A stretch of 10,838 nucleotides of DNA from Nitrospinota bacterium. Lineage in GTDB: Bacteria > Nitrospinota > Nitrospinia > Nitrospinales > VA-1. Of the stretch, positions 1-6,920 are shown piece by piece (position 1 is the stretch's first letter; every line of letters begins with the position of its first letter). The stretch spans positions 4,349 through 15,186 of the forward strand of contig JAYNIA010000056.1 of assembly GCA_038108555.1 (NCBI GenBank). The letters are read 5' to 3'. The position numbers were made by a program, and so were the translations under genes. Under the pieces are notes generated by a model. It saw nothing but the letters and a program-made list of their open reading frames with translations, was not told the origin of the DNA and searched no databases.

Positions 1-4
1 CCCC

Positions 5-682
5 ATGGCAACCATAGGAATACTAGGAACAGGGAGAATGGGCACACGACTGGCCAAAGAATTTGCAGATTCTGGACACCAGGTAATTTTGGGTTCAAGA
101 GATCTGGAAAGGTCCAAAAGCATTGTTCAATCACTTAGTAAAGGAGAAATAACAGCAGGAACCTATCACGATGCCGTTCAGGCTGATTGGGTATTACCAG
201 CAATTTTTCTTCGAGATGGGCTATTGCAGGTTTTGGAACCTTACCGGGAATTTTTAAAAGGAAAGTTATTTATCGATATTTCTAATCCATTTAATGATGA
301 CTACAGTGATTTTATTCTTCCCTGGGATAATAGCTCAGCAGAAGAAATTCAAAAATCTTTTCCCGAATCTCGAATACTAGGAGCTTTCAAAAATGTATGG
401 TGGGAAGTTTTCGATGCGCCCCACTTTGAAAATGGGATTAAAAGCGATGTGTATGTCGTTTCCGATAAGGAGGATGCAAAGAATGAATTCTTAGAGGGAA
501 TGTCCCATTCTAATTTTCGCTTTTTAGATTCAGGTCCCTTGAAAAATGCCCGAACCATTGAGCGTATGACCCTGATGAGCGGAGAACTGGGGCAACGCTA
601 TGGATTTTTTCCCAGAATGAATTACAAATTATTGGGAGAAAAGAATTTTCAACAAAACGTTGCATCACAAACTATTGCATAA
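5..682 (+). CDS. NADPH-dependent F420 reductase-like dinucleotide-binding oxidoreductase (F420_oxidored / COG2085 family)
   Basis: N-terminal Rossmann motif GILGTGRMG, then GSR (NADPH 2'-phosphate binding), IDISNP, GAFKNV and DSGPLKNARTIE, all typical of the FNO/COG2085 family. 225 aa. The RBS lies outside the window. Confidence 0.88.
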   Translation: MATIGILGTGRMGTRLAKEFADSGHQVILGSRDLERSKSIVQSLSKGEITAGTYHDAVQADWVLPAIFLRDGLLQVLEPYREFLKGKLFIDISNPFNDDYSDFILPWDNSSAEEIQKSFPESRILGAFKNVWWEVFDAPHFENGIKSDVYVVSDKEDAKNEFLEGMSHSNFRFLDSGPLKNARTIERMTLMSGELGQRYGFFPRMNYKLLGEKNFQQNVASQTIA

Positions 683-717
683 AAAGAAACAACATCAACC
701 ACAAACCAGGAATAAAC

Positions 718-1818
718 ATGTTACCAAAGAAAATAAAAGAAACCGTTTTTGATACGGTGTCGGCGATAACGATGAGGAAATTTTTCAATCCTAAAGACTT
801 GAAAAACTCTGAAGGAATTCTCAAGAAAGTATTGAGTCAATCGCAAAGGGACTTTTTCATCAATGGCACTATCACCAGCCATTCGGCATCGCCCGAGCAT
901 ATGGCAGGAATGTGGATGGCGGGCCGAGAGATTTCACTTGTAAACGGGCATCTTCCTGCATGGCTGAAGAAAGCCATGGGAGCCGGTCTTTCGGAAGTCA
1001 ACAAATGTCCCTATTGTGAGGACATGCTTCTCAGCCTGACATTTGGTGCCAACGAGAGTAATTTGGCGAACTCCCTGGAGCAAAACACTCTCTCTGAAAT
1101 AAAGGATGAGAAGGTAAGAAAAATAATGGGATGGGTTAAGGCCAGCTCAACGAAATATTCTGAAATCCTTAAGGACCCTCCATTTACAGAGGCACAAATG
1201 CCCGAAGCGTTGGGGAATCTAATTGTTTTTGGTTATACCAACCGTATTTCAGATTTTACTTTAGACGGATCGCCCGTTCCCTGGATGGGAAGAAACATTT
1301 CCCTCCGATTATTTGGAGTGGAGCTTAAAGAATCTGTTCAATTAGATTTGACCCCGGGCCTATCTCTTAGCCTTTTACCGGAAGGGGAGGTTCCCGAAGA
1401 TCTAGGATGGAGTTTTTCCAATCCACTGGTCTCTGAAAGCCTGGCTCGCTGGAACAGGGTACTTGAAAAAAATATTTCAGCGGTGTTAAGTCCTCAAGCA
1501 ATAAACCACATTAAAGAAAACCTTCAGAACTGGGAAGGCGGGCCTGCACCTGTATCAAGAGCCTGGGTCGAGGATGAAGTAACACACATACCCGTTGCTG
1601 AAAGGAACAAAGTCAGGGTGGGGCTTCTTGTAGCCAAAGCTTCCTACCAGATTGACGATTCCCTCATTCAACAACTGGTGGATGAAGGAATGAGTGAATC
1701 CGATTTGATCGGGTTGGGAGCCTGGAGTGCATTTATGGGTTCAAAGACCGTAGCCAACTGGTGCGCGCCTTACTCTCATTCAAATGTTGAAAACCCACTT
1801 TTAACCACAGCTACATAA
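718..1818 (+). CDS. Carboxymuconolactone decarboxylase / alkylhydroperoxidase AhpD-like protein (long two-module form, CxxC)
   Basis: AhpD core-like segment KKAMGAGLSEVNKCPYC preceded by HSASPEHMAGMW. A C-terminal CMD-like helical module reads SRAWVEDEV...LLVAKASYQIDD...LGAWSAF. An AGGA RBS lies just upstream of the ATG. Confidence 0.8.
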   Translation: MLPKKIKETVFDTVSAITMRKFFNPKDLKNSEGILKKVLSQSQRDFFINGTITSHSASPEHMAGMWMAGREISLVNGHLPAWLKKAMGAGLSEVNKCPYCEDMLLSLTFGANESNLANSLEQNTLSEIKDEKVRKIMGWVKASSTKYSEILKDPPFTEAQMPEALGNLIVFGYTNRISDFTLDGSPVPWMGRNISLRLFGVELKESVQLDLTPGLSLSLLPEGEVPEDLGWSFSNPLVSESLARWNRVLEKNISAVLSPQAINHIKENLQNWEGGPAPVSRAWVEDEVTHIPVAERNKVRVGLLVAKASYQIDDSLIQQLVDEGMSESDLIGLGAWSAFMGSKTVANWCAPYSHSNVENPLLTTAT

Positions 1819-1828
1819 TAAAAAAACA

Positions 1829-2656
1829 ATGACTATTTCTACAAAATTTGACTTCAGCAACACTGACAATAAAGTTCATAAAACCTATGATGAATTACTT
1901 CTTCCGAGAATATTTTTGCCATTAGCTGAGATTCTTTTAAAACATGCTGATATAAAGAGTGGAAATCATGTACTCGATGTTGCCTGCGGTCCCGGAACGG
2001 TTTCCCGCCTGGCAGCTTTAGAAACCGGGGCAAAGGGAAGAGTGCTGGGATTGGATATCAGTTCCTCGATGTTGGAGGTTGCCAAAGGGAAACCTCCTGT
2101 CGCCGAATCTGCAGAGATCGAATTTGAAGAATCCCCCGCATCTCCTCTGAACATTCCAGACAATACATTTGATATCTCTCTTTGCCAGCAGGGGCTTCAG
2201 TTTTTTCCTGACCGGGTGCAGGCCCTGAAGGAAATGGTACGGGTCACCCGGCCCGGGGGAAAAATTATTATTGCCGTTTGGGGTCCCCTGGAATCCTGTA
2301 CAATTTTTCACAAACTGTACCAGGCTATGTCCGAAAGTATTCCCGAAGAAATTGCAGATCTTTTGCACGCCCCCTTCAGCCTTCACAATAAAGAGGAAAT
2401 AAAAAATTTGGCCTATTGCACTGGCATCGAAAATCACCAGATTGAAACCGTTACTTTGCCATTGGTTTTTGAGCAGGGAATAAAACAAGCGATTCGGGTC
2501 CTGGAGGCGACTCCCTTCTACCCCCAGATTAGAGAGCTCGACCCAACTGTTCAGGAAAAACTCTCCTTTGCATTGAATGGGAAATTGGAACCCCTGTTAC
2601 AAGAAGGCAAGGTACATGGGCAAATGGTTTCACGAATTATTTCAATAATGAATTGA
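1829..2656 (+). CDS. Class I SAM-dependent methyltransferase (UbiE/Methyltransf_11-like)
   Basis: Motif I VLDVACGPG, acidic GLDISSSML, FDISLCQQGLQFFPD and RVTRPGG. Starts 10 bp after the previous stop. Confidence 0.92.
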   Translation: MTISTKFDFSNTDNKVHKTYDELLLPRIFLPLAEILLKHADIKSGNHVLDVACGPGTVSRLAALETGAKGRVLGLDISSSMLEVAKGKPPVAESAEIEFEESPASPLNIPDNTFDISLCQQGLQFFPDRVQALKEMVRVTRPGGKIIIAVWGPLESCTIFHKLYQAMSESIPEEIADLLHAPFSLHNKEEIKNLAYCTGIENHQIETVTLPLVFEQGIKQAIRVLEATPFYPQIRELDPTVQEKLSFALNGKLEPLLQEGKVHGQMVSRIISIMN

Positions 2657-2725
2657 AATTAATAACCTGAGCTATCTTGTCGTTTAGTCTGTTTTCAAAA
2701 GAGGAGAAAACCGAAAAAAGGAGAA

Positions 2726-2785
2726 CGCTCTGCCCCTCTCCATTTTTAACTTTTTTGGAGGAGATAAAATGGAGGAGGGCAAGCG
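2726..2785. repeat. Long imperfect inverted repeat (hairpin); possible terminator or part of a structured RNA
   Basis: cgctctgcccctctccatttt (2726-2746) pairs with aaaatggaggagggcaagcg (2766-2785), with one bulge, one mismatch and one G-U pair. On the - strand it is followed by ttctcctttttt. Confidence 0.6.
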
Positions 2786-2797
2786 ATCTAAAAATAA

Positions 2798-2844
2798 GAG
2801 TTTTGAGTCATCAAACAAAACTCGGGAAGCAACCAGTGTTTCCC
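2798..2844. repeat. Two adjacent short hairpins
   Basis: gagttttg (2798-2805) / caaaactc (2816-2823) is a perfect 8-bp inverted repeat. gggaagca (2824-2831) / tgtttccc (2837-2844) forms an 8-bp stem with one G-U pair on the + strand. Confidence 0.45.
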
Positions 2845-3053
2845 AATATTTTCATGCGTTAAATGTAGGCTATTTTTATTAAGATGATATAAATGTTGGA
2901 TTAAAATTTTCGTCAAATCCTCAAATTCGCCACCTACCCCCTTTATTTCCACACCATTTAATTCCCAAATATTCATATGGGATTAATATCTCCTTTAATA
3001 GTTTGTGAGCTAATGATTTTGAATTAATGGAATAATATAATTAAGGTGACCCT

Positions 3054-3167
3054 ATGAGCCCTCTCCGAAAAGAAAAAACCACCCAAACAGCTGTACGGAT
3101 AAAACCTGCCAGAGATGGAAAAATTGATTTTGACAGGAAAAACCGGAAATTGATGAGAAACAGGTAA
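3054..3167 (+). CDS. Candidate small basic protein (37 aa, MSPLRKEKTTQTAVRIKPARDGKIDFDRKNRKLMRNR)
   Basis: ATG at 3054 is preceded by SD-like TAAGGTGA (3042-3049) and ends at TAA 3165-3167. It is absent from the ORF track and has no recognised homology. Confidence 0.25.
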   Translation: MSPLRKEKTTQTAVRIKPARDGKIDFDRKNRKLMRNR

Positions 3168-3249
3168 ATTGACGCCCTTGTGTAAATGTCTCGTCAAGTC
3201 ATTATGGAAAAATATATGGATTTAGAAAACTAATATAAGGAACGAAGGT

Positions 3250-3705
3250 ATGGACTGCGCCATTAAAAATGAGATTTTGGTTATTAATGAAAACAAACAG
3301 GAAGCAAAAAAACTTAAGGAAGAATTAAAAAATAATCTGGGCGGGTGTGTCGCTAGCACCGGGGAAAAAGCCCTGGAAATGATTAAACACTATCCTGAAT
3401 TCTCGGATGTTTTCATCCCCCTGGATTTAAAGGATATGGATTATTCCGATTTTATAAAATTTGCAAAACGCCATCTTCCGTTTGCAAATTATATTCTGAT
3501 TGCCCCACCAACATTGCCGGATATGGATTGGCTGGTATTTGGAAAAGAAATTGATGGTTATATCAACGAACCGTTATCGATGCCAAAGATTTCAAAGTAT
3601 TTGAACAACTTTAACAATAATGGAAAGTCCAAACCCGTTGGGTCTGATTTTTTTTACAGACGGACCAACCCTTATTTCACCGGAACGATATTTTCCAGAG
3701 TCTAG
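3250..3705 (+). CDS. Stand-alone response-regulator receiver-like protein (degenerate, pseudo-receiver)
   Basis: REC-fold pattern ILVINE...ASTGEKALEMI...FSDVFIPLDLKDMDY...YILIA...IDGYINEPLS aligns with ILVVDD...A.dG.EAL...DLiiLDl.lP.MDG...dYi.KPf. A GAAGG RBS lies upstream. Confidence 0.75.
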   Translation: MDCAIKNEILVINENKQEAKKLKEELKNNLGGCVASTGEKALEMIKHYPEFSDVFIPLDLKDMDYSDFIKFAKRHLPFANYILIAPPTLPDMDWLVFGKEIDGYINEPLSMPKISKYLNNFNNNGKSKPVGSDFFYRRTNPYFTGTIFSRV

Positions 3706-3732
3706 AAATAAGATTTTATTCTCCAAGGATCT

Positions 3733-5388
3733 CTAGAATAATTTTTTCATATTCAAACTGCTATCCACATATTTTTCAATATTGGGATCGGTAGTAACAA
3801 CTATCAGTGTCCAGGGACATTCGTTTGAACTCAGGCGATTTAAAATAGGTTCCCTTATTCTTGCGGGAACTTCATGAATGGCCCCATCCAGAATCAACAG
3901 GGAAGGCCTGGTGATAATGGCTCTCGCCAATAATACCCTGATACGTTGACTGGGAGTCAGGGAGTTCCCTCCATCCAAAACAAGAGTCTCTAAACCCAGA
4001 GGCATTTCTGCCAAGTCTTGTTCCAATTCTGAAATAGACAAGGCCCACAAAAGGTCTTTTGAGTCTATACCCGGACGCCCCATGGTAATATTTTCTGCAA
4101 GGGTTCCTTCAAACAGGGTATACCTTCGTCCAAACAAGATACCCCGCTGCATTCCAATTTGGTTGGGTGAAAGATTTTTCAAGTCGACCCCATTATAACG
4201 AACAACACATTTGGGAGGTTGTTCCAAACCTGCCAGCGCTTTGGCCATACGGTGTCGCATGACTTCTGTTGTGCATATCAGTCCCAGCTTTTCACCCGGT
4301 TTGGCATCGAAACCAAATACGTTCAAGGAGGTTTCCCCATCCCCATCCTTATCTAGTTGAACGAATTGAAGATTAATGCCCTTAGGATCAGATTCAGGAA
4401 TGGAAATGTCCAAACCAGAAATTGCTGTGTCCTTGGGAAGTGAAAAAAGGTGATCCAGTTCCACAAGTGCCGTAAAAAAATAGTAGACCACATAAGCACG
4501 TTTTACGACGGAATCCATATTGAGCAAAATACCTGCAATAACAACCTCTGCGGCAACCAACTGACCCAATGTCAACTCATCCTGACTGAGTAGCCACCCT
4601 GCCGTTCCCAACAGTGCAGTGTGGAGAACCACTTGAAGAAAAATGGACCCCACATATTGACGAACAAGGACACTAAAACGAGATTTCCTTGCCTCAACAT
4701 ATTCGGCAGCTCGTTTGTCAGCATTTTGCAAAATAAAATCGGCGCAATTAGTAGCTTTGAATTGGAAAAGATTGTCCGCAACTTCCTGAAACCAATGAAC
4801 GACTTCGTATTTGGCTTCCGACATATAGATGGTTTGGCGCAATCCTCCTTTTCCTAAAATTGCAATTAAAACGATTGAAATTATTAAAGCAATATCAAAT
4901 ACAATGAAAAAGGGATGATATAATGCCAACAGAATCATACCGATCAAACCACCTACTACGACGTTGATAAGATCGATAAATAAACTGGAAACTGCCCGCT
5001 GCAATAGTACCGTTTCAAAAAAGCGGTTTATAAATTCTGAACGAAAAGTATTTTCTTTGAATTGGGGAAGGAGCTTCGCGAGGTGTAACACCATACGAAC
5101 AAAGAATCGCCTCTCCATCATATCGGTGGCGTAGAATTGCAAAACTTTAAATATTCCCACAAAAAACAAGATTCCGGCCATGATGCCCACCAGTGTGACA
5201 ACCATGAGTGGAGAAACAGAAAACGCAAAGGTGTTTACCAATTCCTGGACGGTGAGCGGAATAATGAGCGAGAAAAGACCTACAGCAATGGCATAGGTAA
5301 TGACATGGAAAATTATTGAACGCTCTTTGTTCAAAAAAGTGGCAAACAGGTCCAGGTTTTTTCTTAATGTAGGAACATTTTCTGACAT
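3733..5388 (-). CDS. Type I secretion-type ABC transporter (TMD + NBD, no C39 domain) with degenerate ATPase motifs
   Basis: Multi-helix ABC membrane domain (LIIPLTVQELVN...ELTLGQLVAAEVVI), followed by an NBD scaffold (LFEGTLAENITMGR, MPLGLET, RVLLARAIITRPSLLILD). Starts 6 bp after the TolC stop. Confidence 0.9.
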   Translation of the reverse strand: MSENVPTLRKNLDLFATFLNKERSIIFHVITYAIAVGLFSLIIPLTVQELVNTFAFSVSPLMVVTLVGIMAGILFFVGIFKVLQFYATDMMERRFFVRMVLHLAKLLPQFKENTFRSEFINRFFETVLLQRAVSSLFIDLINVVVGGLIGMILLALYHPFFIVFDIALIISIVLIAILGKGGLRQTIYMSEAKYEVVHWFQEVADNLFQFKATNCADFILQNADKRAAEYVEARKSRFSVLVRQYVGSIFLQVVLHTALLGTAGWLLSQDELTLGQLVAAEVVIAGILLNMDSVVKRAYVVYYFFTALVELDHLFSLPKDTAISGLDISIPESDPKGINLQFVQLDKDGDGETSLNVFGFDAKPGEKLGLICTTEVMRHRMAKALAGLEQPPKCVVRYNGVDLKNLSPNQIGMQRGILFGRRYTLFEGTLAENITMGRPGIDSKDLLWALSISELEQDLAEMPLGLETLVLDGGNSLTPSQRIRVLLARAIITRPSLLILDGAIHEVPARIREPILNRLSSNECPWTLIVVTTDPNIEKYVDSSLNMKKLF

Positions 5389-5394
5389 GACCTT

Positions 5395-6867
5395 TTAGGA
5401 ACCTTTCACTTTTTTTTCAGGTTCACCGACAGTTGAAATTTCATCTGCCCATTCACCTGTGGACCATTGAAAAAGAGCCTGCGCCTTTTGATAATCGGCC
5501 ATAGCTGTTATCCATTCTTTAGAAGCTTTTAAGACATTGCGCTCTCGCATATTTACTATGAGCAAGGTGGTTGCCCCCAACTTGAACCGGGTTCTTTCCC
5601 CCTTCTCTAGTTTTTTCGCTAACACAAGTGCTTTCTTTGAAACGCGGATGCGTTCTTCAGCCCGAACCAAAGCGGAATGGGCATTTTCTACATCCAAGGA
5701 AATTTTTTTAAGTTGGAAACGCTGTTTCAACTTAAGCTGTTGTGCTTTTCCAGTTTCCTGAAGGAGTTCACCCCGTGCTTTGCGCTGGTAAAACGGGAAA
5801 CTCAAAGTCACACCGAACCGGTAACCCAGCCCCAATACAAATTCTCCCGGCTTTCTTGTAGGTTCTGCCTCAAGAGTCAAATCCGGAAGCAAATTATTTT
5901 CCGCAAGGTCTATATCAATTTTATTGAGTTCGGCTTCCAGGTTCACCATTTGCAATTCGGGTCTTGCGCTGGCCGCACGCTTTTTCCCTTCCTCCAAATC
6001 ATGTACTGAATACAATTTTTGCGGAGAAGGAAGTAAGGGTGCTCTATAATGGTTTATTAAAATTTGCTGGTCTTCGTTCCACAAAAACAGATCTAACTTT
6101 AATTTCTCCTCATCCACCTTTCGCATTGATTTAATAAGGTCATCTTTCCTTCGCTGAACCTCCTGCCTGCCTTCATCTACATCGAATGTAGGTATGGAGC
6201 CTGCCAGGCCTTGCTTTTCCAATTGAGCCAATCTTTGCTCAGCAACCACAACCGCTTTTTCCTGAATTTCCATAAATTTCCAAGCTGCGACCCAATTCCA
6301 ATATTGAGTAGCTGCCCCGAAATATAATTCCTGTCGTGTTTGTTGAATTTCGAGTTGCGCCTGCTTTTCTGCCAAGTTGGATTTTTTTAATTTCGCGTGC
6401 TCGGGGTTTGTATTCAATCCGCGCAAAAGTGGGATGGCAATTCCCAATAAAGGCTGATTGGAATCTCCAATACCCAAATCCGCGACACTTACATCTCCAA
6501 TACCCGCTCGGAATCCTGCAAACCCTTTTACTCCTGACTTATGCCTCATATAAACGAAGGTATCGTTAAAGCCCACACTCGAGTTTGAACTCTGCTTTGC
6601 CAGACGTTCCAGTTCCCAGTCATTAACCAGAGTGGGTTCAAAAGCTCCCAGCGCTTCCAACAATTTTCCACTGGCAATCATTTTTTCAGTTCGGCTGCCT
6701 TTTAATAAAGGATGATTTTCTTCCACCTTTGTCAAAACAGATTGAAGCGTTAATAGTGAAGGGGAGTCTAACTTCAAGGATATTTCACCTGTATCCTTCG
6801 CGAACGCCATGGCGGCTATCGCCAAGGTCCACAATCCCGCAAATACGATTTGAAATATGCTGATCAT
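5395..6867 (-). CDS. TolC-family outer membrane efflux protein
   Basis: Signal peptide ending AMAFA. OEP repeats LTLQSVLTKVEENHPLL, ASARPEL, AENNLLPDLTL, GVTLSFPF and ERTRFKLGATTLLIVNMRE. Confidence 0.92.
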   Translation of the reverse strand: MISIFQIVFAGLWTLAIAAMAFAKDTGEISLKLDSPSLLTLQSVLTKVEENHPLLKGSRTEKMIASGKLLEALGAFEPTLVNDWELERLAKQSSNSSVGFNDTFVYMRHKSGVKGFAGFRAGIGDVSVADLGIGDSNQPLLGIAIPLLRGLNTNPEHAKLKKSNLAEKQAQLEIQQTRQELYFGAATQYWNWVAAWKFMEIQEKAVVVAEQRLAQLEKQGLAGSIPTFDVDEGRQEVQRRKDDLIKSMRKVDEEKLKLDLFLWNEDQQILINHYRAPLLPSPQKLYSVHDLEEGKKRAASARPELQMVNLEAELNKIDIDLAENNLLPDLTLEAEPTRKPGEFVLGLGYRFGVTLSFPFYQRKARGELLQETGKAQQLKLKQRFQLKKISLDVENAHSALVRAEERIRVSKKALVLAKKLEKGERTRFKLGATTLLIVNMRERNVLKASKEWITAMADYQKAQALFQWSTGEWADEISTVGEPEKKVKGS

Positions 6868-6920
6868 CTATCCATTCTTCCTATTCATTCAAAAAGAAAA
6901 ATCTGAGAAATTTTTTATCA

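Noticed and set aside
349..2488. Antisense ORFs 349-558, 1966-2163 and 2018-2488
   Set aside because: They lie opposite well-supported genes and have no recognisable motifs, so they are shadow ORFs.
2677..2976. Track ORFs 2677-2862 (+) and 2788-2976 (-)
   Set aside because: No recognisable domain. The + ORF has a TTG start without an SD and runs through the hairpins. The - ORF cannot be excluded but has no positive support.
3130..3160. Perfect TTGACA at 3130-3135 as a sigma70 promoter
   Set aside because: No acceptable -10 hexamer lies 16-18 bp downstream.
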